This document shows, piece by piece, positions 1 to 9,861 of a DNA stretch of 38,460 nucleotides. The translations under genes and the position numbers were made by a program. Position 1 is the first letter of the stretch. Each line of letters begins with the position of its first letter. This stretch comes from Occultella glacieicola. GTDB taxonomy: Bacteria > Actinomycetota > Actinomycetes > Actinomycetales > Beutenbergiaceae. Under the pieces are notes generated by a model. It had not been told where the DNA came from, did no database searches, and saw only the letters and a program-made list of their open reading frames with translations. Location of the stretch: NCBI RefSeq assembly GCF_004353825.1, contig NZ_SMNA01000011.1, positions 124,001 to 162,460 of the forward strand. The letters are read 5' to 3'.

Positions 1-2
1 CC

Positions 3-1934
3 GGGCAGGCGCTGCAAGCGGTCGGTACCGTCGTCGCTCGCGCGGTCGGACCCGAGGAGGCGTGGGCCGTCATGGACGGGACTGACGCCCGGGACGGCAT
101 CGTGTCCTGGCGGCGTGGCTGGCGCCTGTTCGACCACCGTCGCCGGGTCCTGGTCCAGGACGAGTTCGAGCTGGACGAGCCCCAGGACGTCTGGTGGTTC
201 GCCCACACCGCCGCCGAGGTCGAGATCGCAGCGGATGGTCGCAGCGCGACCCTGACGTCCAGGGGTGAGAGCTTGCTGGCGCGAATTACGACGCCCGGTG
301 CGGTGTTCCTCGCACTTGCTGCCCGGCCGCTGTGGACCTCGCCGGACCCCGCGGGACAGTCGCAGAACCGAAGCATCTCCAAGCTCGCGATCCGGCTTGT
401 CGGGGTACAGCAGGGCAGCATCGCCGTGGAGTTCGAGCCGCGCGTGCCCGGCGCTCCGGCGGCAGCGCCGGAGCCGGTGGTGCCACTCGCGGACTGGGTC
501 GCGCCGGCGAGCGAGGTCGCCATGCTGACGTCGCTTGAGAACGATGACACGCCGATCCCCGCGTTCGCACCCGGCAACTTCAGCTACCGCGTGGGCGAGC
601 TCGCGAACCTGACCGCTACCGCGGAGTCTGGGGCGAGCGCCACTGTCACCGACGGTGACGCGTCCACCCCGGCCACCGTGGTTGTGACTAAACCTGGCCA
701 TCGCCCCGGTCGCTACCTCATCTGGCAGCACAACCCGTGGGGTCTGGGCAACTTCGCCCGTCCGATCATCGCCAGCGACGACGACGGCAACGTCCCGGAG
801 AACACGATGGACGGCCAGACCGGTACCCGCTGGTCCGCGTTCGGCGACGGGCAGTGGATCGCCTTCGACTTGGGCTCGGATGGGCCGATCGGGAGCATCC
901 GGATTGCCTGGCAGAGCGGCGAGGCCCGGGTCGCGTCCTTCGCGATCGAGGTCGCCGGCGAGGACGACCTGAGCTGGACGCCCGTCTGGCAGGGGCAAAG
1001 CAGCGGCACTACCGCGGGGCTAGAGACGACCACCTTCGGTTCCGTGACCGCGCGCTACATCCGGATCGTGTGCTTCGGCACCTCGACCGGTCAGTGGAAC
1101 TCCATCACCGAGGTCGAGATCCCGGGTCGCGAGGTCGAGACCAGCTGGCTGGAGCGGGTGGAGCGCCTGGAGCTCGCCGTCGGCGATGTTCCGGTCGATG
1201 GCAGCGCGGCCAGTACTCTCGCCGGTATCGCGCGGAGTGGCGCTCAGATCGACGTCGACGACTGGACGGTCGAGTACCTCTCGCTCGATGAGTCGGTGGC
1301 CACCGTTGACCAGAGCGGCGTGATCTCTGGGGAGTCAATCGGTGCGGCCACCGTGGTCGCGATCGCGACGTCGCCTGGTCGGCGCCTGCTTCACACGGCT
1401 TGCACCGTCGCGGTCGGGGATCCGGACCGTCCAAGGTTCGCCTCTATCGGGGACACGTACGTGCGCGCCGGGCAGTACGCCGATACGAACTACGGGACAT
1501 TCGGGGTGCTCCGGGTGAAGGCGACCCTCGACCCGGACGACGACCTCCACCGACGTGCGTTCCTGGAGTTCGCGCCGCAGCCGCAGTCGCGTCCGATCGC
1601 GCAGGTGCTGCTGCACCTGTCCGCGAGGGTGGCCGATCCAGCCGGATCGAGCATCGACCTGGTGGTCCGTGCGGCCGCTGGTGCGTTCGACGAAGCGGCC
1701 ACGACCTGGAACGACCAACCTGCGCTCGGCGCGGCGCTCGGCGTCGTACCCGTCGACAGCTCCGTCGCGTGGCGCACGGTCGACCTCACCGACGAACTGG
1801 CGGAGCAGATTGGCGCCGGCGAGGCCGTGCTGCTTGCGCTCGTCCAGGAACCGGCCAGCGGTACCGGGCTCGCCACCGAGGTCTCAGGTCGACGCTCCAC
1901 GACGATCCCCTACCTGGAGGTCGTGCTCGCATGA
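3..1934 (+). CDS. 5'-truncated multidomain heparinase II/III-family polysaccharide lyase-like protein: C-terminal lyase beta-domain, F5/8 type C (CBM32/discoidin), Ig-like and DNRLRE/CBM96-like modules
   Basis: Frame is open from position 3, so the start lies outside the window. N-terminal part (SWRRGWRLFDHRRRVLVQDE...WWFAHT...KLAIRL) aligns with the C-terminus of the lyase at 6859..8814. Discoidin motifs PENTMDG...TRWSA..GQWIAFDLG...ARYIRI..G...WNSITEVEI. C-terminal DTYVRAG..ADTNYG...RAFLEF...TWNDQP. Confidence 0.8.
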   Translation, partial: GQALQAVGTVVARAVGPEEAWAVMDGTDARDGIVSWRRGWRLFDHRRRVLVQDEFELDEPQDVWWFAHTAAEVEIAADGRSATLTSRGESLLARITTPGAVFLALAARPLWTSPDPAGQSQNRSISKLAIRLVGVQQGSIAVEFEPRVPGAPAAAPEPVVPLADWVAPASEVAMLTSLENDDTPIPAFAPGNFSYRVGELANLTATAESGASATVTDGDASTPATVVVTKPGHRPGRYLIWQHNPWGLGNFARPIIASDDDGNVPENTMDGQTGTRWSAFGDGQWIAFDLGSDGPIGSIRIAWQSGEARVASFAIEVAGEDDLSWTPVWQGQSSGTTAGLETTTFGSVTARYIRIVCFGTSTGQWNSITEVEIPGREVETSWLERVERLELAVGDVPVDGSAASTLAGIARSGAQIDVDDWTVEYLSLDESVATVDQSGVISGESIGAATVVAIATSPGRRLLHTACTVAVGDPDRPRFASIGDTYVRAGQYADTNYGTFGVLRVKATLDPDDDLHRRAFLEFAPQPQSRPIAQVLLHLSARVADPAGSSIDLVVRAAAGAFDEAATTWNDQPALGAALGVVPVDSSVAWRTVDLTDELAEQIGAGEAVLLALVQEPASGTGLATEVSGRRSTTIPYLEVVLA

Positions 1935-2005
1935 GCCCGACCGGCTCCGAGAGCACCGATTCCAACACATCCATCCCCCGCGACGACCCGAAGGGCCCCA
2001 CCACC

Positions 2006-3664
2006 ATGCACGCATCACCCGCGCGCGACCCCCAATTCGGCGCGGTGTCGCGCCGCCTCGTCCTCGGCGGCTTCCTCGGTGCCGCCTTCAGCTCCCTCGC
2101 CCTCGCCTCATGCTCGGGCGGCGGTGGCGGCAGCGGTGGAAATGGCGGTGGGTCGCAGGGCACCGGATGGACCCCACCGGCGTACATCCCGTTCGACGGC
2201 GTGACACCCGACCTGCCGGGATCGGACATCGGGGTGGCACCAGCCTTCTTCAACTATCCGCACAGCCCGATCGCGCGCGAGGACTTCCCGCTGCCACAGA
2301 CCGACGGCGTCACGGCACTGCTGCAGGGCGGCGTGCCGCCAACCGCACCGGACCAGAATGAGGCCTACCGGCTCTTCCGAGAGCAGTCCGGCAACCTCAT
2401 GGAAGCCGTGACCATCAACGCCGACGAGTACAGGAGCCGGTTCCAGGTCGTAATCGCCGGCGGCGACATCCCGGACTTCATGCAGATGCTGACAGTGCCG
2501 CAGTTGCCGCAGCTGCTGGAGGCCGAGTTCAGCGACCTCACGGACATCCTCGGCGGCGACGGCGTCGCCGCCTACCCGGGACTGGCAAACATCCCCACGC
2601 CGTCGTGGACCATCCCGAAGATCAACGGACGCCTCTGGGGCATCCCGCAACCGCGGCCACCGGCGGGCCGGATCCTGTCCACCCGCGGCGACATCTTCGA
2701 GGAAAAGGGCCTGGATCCCTACCCCGACCTCAACTCGGGGGAAGATTTCATCGAGCTGCTTGCGACCCTCACCGACCGGGGGAACGACCAGTTCGCGCTC
2801 GGCACCGACCCCGTGAGTTGGCTGCTCAACGGCCTGCTCGAGATGATGGAGGCGCCCAACACCTGGGCGGTTGAGGGCGGCACCTTTACCCACATGTTCA
2901 ATTCCCCGCAGATGGTCGAGGCACTGAACGAAGGCAAGAAGATCATCGATGCCGGCTACCTCCACCCGAACTCCTTCTCCGACCCGGGACAGCACAACAC
3001 CTGGTGGCGCGCAGGGACCACCTGCATGCTGTGGCAGTCCTTCGCCGGCTGGGGCACGTTCGCGCGGTCCGAACCGTCGTGGAACATCGGGTACGTGCGG
3101 CTACCGAAATGGGCCGGCGGGGGCAAGGCGCCGCTCTGGAAACTGCAGGCGGGTTACCCGGCGTTCGTCGCCATCAAGAAGCAGACGAGCGATGCCCGCC
3201 TGGAGGAACTGCTGCGTATTGCGGACTTCATCGCCTCGCCCTTCGGGACCGAGCAGTTCCTCACCGTCAACTACGGCGCCGAAGGTTTCACGTACGAGCG
3301 CCAGGACGGAGAGCCCGAGTTCCTGCCGGACCAGCGGCCGAACACCGTCCAAGGATGGCAGTACTGCGGCGCGAACGCGAACGCAGTGCTGTACGCCCCC
3401 GGTCAAGACGGGATGGTCCGGCGGCAGCACGCCTACCTCGAGGAGGTGATCCCCGCGGGCACCGAGAACCCGACGCTGGGGCTCTACTCCGAGACGGCGG
3501 TCACCGCGGGAGCGTCCTGGGAGCAGCGCACCGGTGACATGCTCCGCGAGGTGCTACGGGGCGCGCAGCCGGTGTCGGCCTGGGAAACGATGGCCAGTGA
3601 CTGGAAAGCCGACGTCGGCGACAAGATGGCAGCAGAGTATGGCGAAGCAGCAGCAGCCGGCTGA
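2006..3664 (+). CDS. Carbohydrate ABC transporter substrate-binding lipoprotein with Tat-type signal
   Basis: SRRLVLGG twin-arginine motif followed by lipobox LASC; FQVVIAGGDIPDF, NGRLWGIP, NYGAEG motifs. ATG 2006 has GAAGG upstream; an alternative ATG at 1931 overlaps the upstream stop. Confidence 0.85.
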   Translation: MHASPARDPQFGAVSRRLVLGGFLGAAFSSLALASCSGGGGGSGGNGGGSQGTGWTPPAYIPFDGVTPDLPGSDIGVAPAFFNYPHSPIAREDFPLPQTDGVTALLQGGVPPTAPDQNEAYRLFREQSGNLMEAVTINADEYRSRFQVVIAGGDIPDFMQMLTVPQLPQLLEAEFSDLTDILGGDGVAAYPGLANIPTPSWTIPKINGRLWGIPQPRPPAGRILSTRGDIFEEKGLDPYPDLNSGEDFIELLATLTDRGNDQFALGTDPVSWLLNGLLEMMEAPNTWAVEGGTFTHMFNSPQMVEALNEGKKIIDAGYLHPNSFSDPGQHNTWWRAGTTCMLWQSFAGWGTFARSEPSWNIGYVRLPKWAGGGKAPLWKLQAGYPAFVAIKKQTSDARLEELLRIADFIASPFGTEQFLTVNYGAEGFTYERQDGEPEFLPDQRPNTVQGWQYCGANANAVLYAPGQDGMVRRQHAYLEEVIPAGTENPTLGLYSETAVTAGASWEQRTGDMLREVLRGAQPVSAWETMASDWKADVGDKMAAEYGEAAAAG

Positions 3665-3691
3665 GCGCCGTGCGGCGGGCCCGCACCAGCG

Positions 3692-3719
3692 GCCGTACAT
3701 GGGAGCGCCCGTGTATGGC
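3692..3719 (+). terminator. Intercistronic stem-loop after the substrate-binding protein gene
   Basis: GCCGTACATGGG-AGCG-CCCGTGTATGGC forms a 12-bp stem with two G:U pairs on the + strand; no U-tract. Confidence 0.5.
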
Positions 3720-3775
3720 AACGGCCGGCACGTCGCCTGCCGTGGACTCCGGATCTGCACACCCGGCGGCCCCGA

Positions 3776-4798
3776 ATGACGCGCGGCGACCTCGCGCAGA
3801 CTCGCAAGCCGACGCGGACTCACGAAACATCCGCCACGCGCCCGGCGAGGTCCACGCCCTCCGCACCCTCTGGTGGCGCAGCCATGCGCAGGCGCCGGGC
3901 ACGGCGCGACTGGAGCCTACTGGCGATCGCGTTGCCCGGCGTCGCTGTGTTCCTTTGCTTCCACTACCTGCCGCTGCTGGGGAACGTGATCGCGTTCAAG
4001 GACTACCAGCCGTTTCTAGGCATCCTCGACTCGGAGTGGGTCGGCCTGGACAACTTCTCAGTCCTGTGGGAGGGCAACCCGGCGTTCCTCAACGCACTGC
4101 GCAATACCATCGTGATCACGCTGCTGCAGTTGGCCTTTACCTTCCCGGTGCCCATCATGTTGGCGCTGCTCATGAACAGCCTCGCCTCCCAGCGGTTCAA
4201 GCGCATCGTGCAGTCGGTGCTGTACCTGCCGCACTTCCTGTCTTGGGTGGTGGTCGTCGCGCTGTTCCAACACATCCTGGGCTACGGCGGGCCGCTGGAG
4301 AGCCTGATGGCTGCGCTCGGCGGACCGGAGCCTGAGATCATCGGCAACCCCGACTTCTTCAAGCCGCTGCTCATCATCCAGGACATCTGGAAGAGCGCCG
4401 GCTGGGGCACCATCCTGTTCCTCGCGGCTTTGTCGGGTATCGACCAGAGCCTGTATGAGGCTGCGGAGGTCGACGGTGCTAGCCGCATGCGACAACTCTG
4501 GCACATCACGTTGCCTGGGATACGTCCGGTCATCATCCTCATCCTCATTCTGCGGATCGGCGACATCCTCAGCGTCGGGTTCGAGCAGATCATCCTGCAG
4601 CAACCCGCGGTCGGGCTCGCCGCTTCGGAGGTACTGGACACCTACGTCTACAACAACGGGATCATCGGCGGGCAGTGGGGTGTCTCCACCGCCGTCGGGC
4701 TGGTCAAGGGGGCTATCGGGGTGGCCCTGGTGTTGCTCGCCAACAAGGTCGCTCACATGTTCGGTGAGGACGGCATCTATCGAGGAGCAAACAAGTGA
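3776..4798 (+). CDS. Carbohydrate ABC transporter permease (LplB-like)
   Basis: WVGLDNF, YLPHFLSWVVV, EAA loop SLYEAAEVDGASR..QLWHITLP. Alternative start at ATG 3884. Confidence 0.92.
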   Translation: MTRGDLAQTRKPTRTHETSATRPARSTPSAPSGGAAMRRRRARRDWSLLAIALPGVAVFLCFHYLPLLGNVIAFKDYQPFLGILDSEWVGLDNFSVLWEGNPAFLNALRNTIVITLLQLAFTFPVPIMLALLMNSLASQRFKRIVQSVLYLPHFLSWVVVVALFQHILGYGGPLESLMAALGGPEPEIIGNPDFFKPLLIIQDIWKSAGWGTILFLAALSGIDQSLYEAAEVDGASRMRQLWHITLPGIRPVIILILILRIGDILSVGFEQIILQQPAVGLAASEVLDTYVYNNGIIGGQWGVSTAVGLVKGAIGVALVLLANKVAHMFGEDGIYRGANK

Positions 4799-5730
4799 CC
4801 GGCATGACCCTACCGGTGCAGGATCGCATCCCCAGGTCCAGCCCGAAGCGGCGGCTCCGCAGGGGCCGATCCTCACCCGCAGCCGAGGCGCTCAAGATCG
4901 TCGCGCTGTCGGTGTGCTGCCTGGCGGTGATCGGCCCGTTTCTCATGGTGATCTCGACCTCGCTGGCCGATCCGCTCCAGATCGATACCGGGGGCGGCAT
5001 GGTGATCTGGCCGGAGCGACCGACCCTCGAGGCCTACCGGGTGATCTTCGCCGGGGGGCAGGTGACCCGGGCGCTTGCCGTCACCGGCTTCGTCACCGTC
5101 GTGGGGACCGCAGTCGCGCTGACCGTGACCGCGATGCTGGCGTACGCGCTGTCACGCCAGAAACTGCCGTTCAAACGCATCATCCTCATGGGTGCACTGA
5201 TGACGATGCTGTTCTCCGCGGGAATGATCCCGGTCTACCTCACTGTGAAGGGCTTCGGGCTGCTCGACTCGTTGTGGAGCCTCATCATCCCGGTGAGTGT
5301 CTCGGCGTTCAACTGCATCGTAATGCGAGCGTTCTTCCAGAACCTGCCGGCGGAGCTGTCCGAGGCGGCGGCGATCGACGGCGCCTCGGAGATGCGAATC
5401 TTCCTCACCATCGTGCTGCCGCTGTCCAAGCCGATCCTGGCGGCGATCGGGCTGTTCTACGCGGTCGGGTTCTGGAACACCTTTTTCTCCGCGCTGCTCT
5501 ACCTCAACGACCAGGAGAAGTGGCCGATCCAGCTGGTGCTGCGGCAGTACCTCATCAACAACGCCGCGATCAGCGCCGGTGACGCTGTCGCCGCCGGTGA
5601 CCTGCCGCCGCCGCAGCCCGCGTTGCAGATGGCGATCCTCATCGTCTCGCTAGTACCCATCGCGTGCGTCTACCCGCTACTCCAGAAGCACTTCACGAAG
5701 GGGTTCCTCACCGGTGCCGTCAAGGGCTGA
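4795..5730 (+). CDS. Carbohydrate ABC transporter permease (LplC-like)
   Basis: EAA loop ELSEAAAIDGAS..RIF..IVLPLSKP; C-terminal QKHFTKG..TGAVKG; GTGA overlap with the upstream gene. Confidence 0.92.
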   Translation: MTGMTLPVQDRIPRSSPKRRLRRGRSSPAAEALKIVALSVCCLAVIGPFLMVISTSLADPLQIDTGGGMVIWPERPTLEAYRVIFAGGQVTRALAVTGFVTVVGTAVALTVTAMLAYALSRQKLPFKRIILMGALMTMLFSAGMIPVYLTVKGFGLLDSLWSLIIPVSVSAFNCIVMRAFFQNLPAELSEAAAIDGASEMRIFLTIVLPLSKPILAAIGLFYAVGFWNTFFSALLYLNDQEKWPIQLVLRQYLINNAAISAGDAVAAGDLPPPQPALQMAILIVSLVPIACVYPLLQKHFTKGFLTGAVKG

Positions 5731-5794
5731 CACTTCGGCGTGCGGGCACGTTCTCGAGACTTGCCTCGGACTGCTGGTCCACAGAACACGACGT

Positions 5795-6782
5795 CGGGTC
5801 TGCTGCACGAACAGGTGACATTGGCTAGTCACGCAGCCTGACTGGCTGGCGTGGTCTTCGATGGGCGTCAACCGGCCCAGGGGGTGCTGTCTACGGCGAC
5901 GGTGGTAGGTCCGCTCGATCCAAGTCACGAAGACGCCCTTGAACGCGCAGATGTAGAGCTTGCCTTCGTTGGCTTGGATTCCAGTGTTCGGGGTGATGTC
6001 GCCGATCCAGAGTTCGTTGGCGGCCGCGGCGTTGAATTCTTGCCGGGTCCGGCCCTTGTCGTCGACCACGGCACGCAGGTCCTCGTGCAGAGGTGGCCCG
6101 GGCTTCTTGCCGTTCCTGCCTCGCTTCTTGCCGAACGCCGACCACCAGCCGTTGCCTCCCGGCAGATCTTCCACGCGGTGCGCTCAGCCATCGCAGTGCC
6201 GGCATCGCGGGCCTCATCGACCAGGAACCGGTAGCCGAACTCGGGATCGTCGCGGTGGGCGTCGAAGAGCACGTTGGCGCGGTAAGCCTGGTCGAGGTCA
6301 GCAGACGCGACCCGGACTCCCGAGCCAGCGCTAGTAGGGCTGGCCGGCGATCTTGAGCATCCGGCACGTCACCGTCACGGGGATCCCGTCATCGGCAAGG
6401 TCACGGACGAGCGGGGAACTCATTTTCCCGGCAGATGCACCTGAGAGAAGTACGACGCGGCACAGCGCAGCACCTCGACTTCTTGCTCGAGAGTCTTGAT
6501 CCGCCGCTTGGCTTCACGCAGCTCAGCGGACTGGACCTCGGTGGTGCCGGGACGCTGACCGTCTTCGATGTCGGCTTTCTTCATCCAGCTATACGCGTCG
6601 TGAAGTGGACCCCGAAGTCCATGGCGATCTGCTCCAGCCCGACACCAGGCTCACGGTTCCTGGCGACCCTCACGACGTCGTCGCGAAACTCCTTGGGATA
6701 CGGCTTGGTCACAGTGATCACCCTTCGAGCCCAACCCTCGGGCTAGGCAGATCAGGTGTCACCTATCCGTGCGGCAGACCCG
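5795..6782 (-). mobile_element. IS3-family insertion sequence, degenerate (frameshifts plus internal deletion of the DDE core)
   Basis: 26-bp terminal inverted repeats 5795-5820 and 6757-6782 (23/26 match). orfA from GTG 6712 reads TKPYPKEFRDDVVRVARNREPG and ends LPGK* at a GGGAAAATGA site. orfB fragments DDPEFGYRF, ELWIGDIT, EGKLYICAFK, WIERTYHRRRRQ..LGRLTPIE. Confidence 0.9.
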
Positions 6783-6858
6783 GCATCGCCGTAGAATTGC
6801 GCACACCCAAGCAACGATCTCACCTGCAAGTTCCGCGTGAGAATCGTCCTTGTGGAGG

Positions 6859-8814
6859 CTAAGACATGCCATCCGACCAGTTCTCGAGAGGGCTCACGGA
6901 CGGAGGGGTCCCCGCCCCGTCGATCGGATCGATCGGGCTAAACAGCACGCTCAAACGGAACGCTGTGACGGCTGGCAGCTCGATGGCGAGCTTGGTGACG
7001 TTGGCGTTCGTCGACTGCCCGCTCGGCACTGGAGAGCTCGCCAGTGGCGCGGCGGCAGCCACCGTGAATACCGCCCCCGCCGGACCTGCGAGGATCCGCG
7101 CGAGGAGGCGTGCACCGCGAAGCGTGAGTTCCGCAGACAACCCGTCCGGCGCGACCTGGACAGCCGCGTAGGTGTGCATGAACCACCAGGCGTCGACCGC
7201 GTCGTCGGCCACAACTTCATCCTGAACGATGACCTGTTGCCGCGAGTCGATCATGGCGAGCCCACGCTCCCAAGATGTGACTGCAGCTCCCGGAACGGCG
7301 GCGGTGAGATCTGCGATCGCGAAGGCGCCTGAGGCCCACGAGTCATGGCGAGTGATGCTCGCCGACGCGCTGGGATCCTGATCTGGTCCCGCTGTCGGAT
7401 TGATGACCAACGTGTTCTGACCCTCGGCGCGCTTGCGGTAGTAATTCCACCTTTGGCCGTTCGGCCCGTAGTTGAAGTACCCCGACAGCCCGTAACTGTC
7501 ACCGCCGAGATCGCTGGCCCACCGTTGACCAATCGCGTCGATGACGAAGGTCCCGAGGTCGAGATCGGCATGATTGGTGCTGTTGTCCCCTGCCTTGAAG
7601 CCAACGAAGACCGCGTTGGGATCCTCCCAGGCGCTGCGAAAGGTGGCCAACTCGATGTTCTGGAAGTAGCGGTCGAGTGTGAGCCCCGACGCCGTCGGGT
7701 CCAGGTTCTTGCTCGGGTCGTACCACAGGAGGTAGCGCGGAAGAAAGAGTGAATCCGTGGAACTGCTCTGGCTTCCCCACCACGTGTAGGCTGGCTTCGA
7801 GTATCTATTGGATAGCCACAAGAGCTCGGGAGGCTGTTGGGCTGTGGCATCCGAGTCATAGAAGTTAAAGAACTTCCCGGTTGGGCTAGTGAGGTGTATG
7901 GCAAAGTCGCCAGTCTCGGACAGGCCCGGAACGTCCGATAATTCATCGTCATCGCCGAGTGCGGATTCGAGTGCGGCGAGATAGATGACCAGGTACCTGA
8001 TCGCGTAACCCCAGTATCCACCTTCGGGGTATCCACCATCAGGGCTCAACTGCTCGACACCTGGGAGAATCGCACTCAGGCTCTCAGCAAGCACATCGGC
8101 AGCGATCGTCGGCGACTCCTGTGCGATTGCGAGCGCGCCGAGCCCAAAACCGCTGTTGCACACGGTTCCCACGTTGTTGATCGAGGTCAGCGATGGGGCA
8201 TTATTGAGATAGCCGCTCATCGCAGGCTGCAGACCCTTCTCGACGATGGCGTCCAGAGCGGTGGTGCGCTGGGTGGCGGTCCAAGACTCGAACAGCCAGT
8301 CGTAGGCGATGGCGACGGCGTGGGTCATTTCTGCCATCGGCAGATAGTCACCGGCGAGGTTCGGAGGATCGGAGGGGCTCCATCTCGGGAACCCGGCGAT
8401 GGCCTCAACCTCATCCCAGGCGCGCTCGGCATAGGTTTGGGCACCGCCAAGCTGAGCGAGCATCGAGAGGGTGTAGATTCGATTGACAGTTGTCCGTGAG
8501 ATGTTCAGAAGGTTGCCGCTCACGAATGTTGGCGGCGCCACCGTCAGCAGCCCCGTTCCGAGTGTCTGAAGCGTCCCGAACCATGACGCCGATACTTGGT
8601 CATTGGCGATACGCGCCGATACATCAGCGAAGTCTGTCGCGGTCGCAAGCAGACGTGGATGAATCCCTGCGAGGCTTCCTCGTACCCCCCGGGTGTCGTC
8701 GACTCCGTCAAATGCGACCGTTCGACCTGTGGCCGCCGATGCGCACGCGGCCGCGGCCAACTTGAGGGCCGTCCGACGGCTCGGCGACGTATGGAAGATC
8801 GCTCGTCCTACCAT
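6859..8814 (-). CDS. Tat-secreted heparinase II/III-family polysaccharide lyase-like protein
   Basis: ATG 8814 with GGAGGAG Shine-Dalgarno; SRRTALK twin-arginine signal; HPRLL, AIAYDWL, DGGYPEG..YWGY, NHADLDLGTFVIDA.GQRW..DLG, YRKRAEGQNTLVIN motifs. Confidence 0.85.
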   Translation of the reverse strand: MVGRAIFHTSPSRRTALKLAAAACASAATGRTVAFDGVDDTRGVRGSLAGIHPRLLATATDFADVSARIANDQVSASWFGTLQTLGTGLLTVAPPTFVSGNLLNISRTTVNRIYTLSMLAQLGGAQTYAERAWDEVEAIAGFPRWSPSDPPNLAGDYLPMAEMTHAVAIAYDWLFESWTATQRTTALDAIVEKGLQPAMSGYLNNAPSLTSINNVGTVCNSGFGLGALAIAQESPTIAADVLAESLSAILPGVEQLSPDGGYPEGGYWGYAIRYLVIYLAALESALGDDDELSDVPGLSETGDFAIHLTSPTGKFFNFYDSDATAQQPPELLWLSNRYSKPAYTWWGSQSSSTDSLFLPRYLLWYDPSKNLDPTASGLTLDRYFQNIELATFRSAWEDPNAVFVGFKAGDNSTNHADLDLGTFVIDAIGQRWASDLGGDSYGLSGYFNYGPNGQRWNYYRKRAEGQNTLVINPTAGPDQDPSASASITRHDSWASGAFAIADLTAAVPGAAVTSWERGLAMIDSRQQVIVQDEVVADDAVDAWWFMHTYAAVQVAPDGLSAELTLRGARLLARILAGPAGAVFTVAAAAPLASSPVPSGQSTNANVTKLAIELPAVTAFRLSVLFSPIDPIDGAGTPPSVSPLENWSDGMS

Positions 8815-8993
8815 AGTTTTACTCCTCCGTGGTGGCACCAGTGCCGCATCGTTGGTCAGGTAGTCCCAGGCGGCCGTTGAGTACAATGAGGCAGCCGCAT
8901 ATCGAGGAACACCGCATTCCTCGGGAGGCCCCAATTCCTCCGCGCTTACTGGCTTTGCGTGACCAACTCAACATTGCTCCAGAGATCTCGTCA

Positions 8994-9022
8994 AGATTGA
9001 TTCAACAATCAATCTCGTTCAA
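8994..9022 (-). promoter_or_regulatory. Putative lyase-gene promoter (-35 TTGAAC, 17 bp, -10 CAATCT) overlapped by a perfect inverted repeat (candidate operator)
   Basis: AGATTGATT-CAAC-AATCAATCT at 8994-9015, AT-rich in a GC-rich background. Confidence 0.55.
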
Positions 9023-9861
9023 TCCAGTCCAGCATCGGACGAACAGCGTGGCCGCGGACTCCGGCCGACCTCATCAAGGATCTAGACGGCAGAGTGCGGC
9101 AGCGCCCTTCTCCCCCCACCACGACACCGCAGACTGCCATCAGCCAGTACAGACAAGCCACATCGGCGTTCCGGGTCGGGCAACACCGCTGGCGCGTCGA
9201 ACCCCCACCCGTGGCGGTAGCTACGAAATCGCCACGCTGGGCCGCGGCCCTTCAAGTATCGAACCGTGACGCGCCGAGGCATTCCCAGCCTGATGGGAGT
9301 GGGAGGGAGCGCTCACCGATGCAGGTCGCCGTGTCCGTCGCCGGCCCGATCCAGGGCCTGCTCTCCATCGGCCGCTATCTGAGGATGGGCCCTCCGAGCG
9401 GCCTACGAGCCTGCGCTGCGCCGGAACCGGCAGCGACAGGCAACCGTGCGGCGCTCACGCCTTCGCCAAAGCGCTCGGGAGCGCCACAATCACGCGCTGC
9501 CATGGGCAAGGTACGCCGGGATCGACGACAGGTTCCACGACGAGCTCATCCCGGAGGTCGACGACTGGCGGGTCTACTTTCAACTCGACGGGTCTCCCGG
9601 AAGCCCGCTCTGGAGCTAGCACGTTCGGCCCTGGAGGTTCTGAGCATGGCTACCAGGCCATCCTCGTGTTCTCGGCGCTGGAGGCTGTCCTGGCGGTCGA
9701 AACAAATCGCACGGTTACCTTTGAGGGAGCCCACATGGCATGTCTACGGGAGTCTGAGCATGGGTCGTGTGGCGCTGGGTCCACGGACTATTCGACTGGC
9801 AGCTCGTCCGCGTGCCTGCCGACATGCTCACCGTCACCGTGGGTCTCGATCAAATCCGTGT

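Noticed and set aside
1400..2005. 754-aa version of the substrate-binding protein
   Set aside because: The extension overlaps the lyase gene in another frame; the Tat/lipobox signal marks the true N-terminus near 2006.
9611..9618. TGGAGCTA matching the tRNA-Ala 3' end as a possible att site
   Set aside because: Only 8 bp with no extension into the T-arm; compatible with chance.
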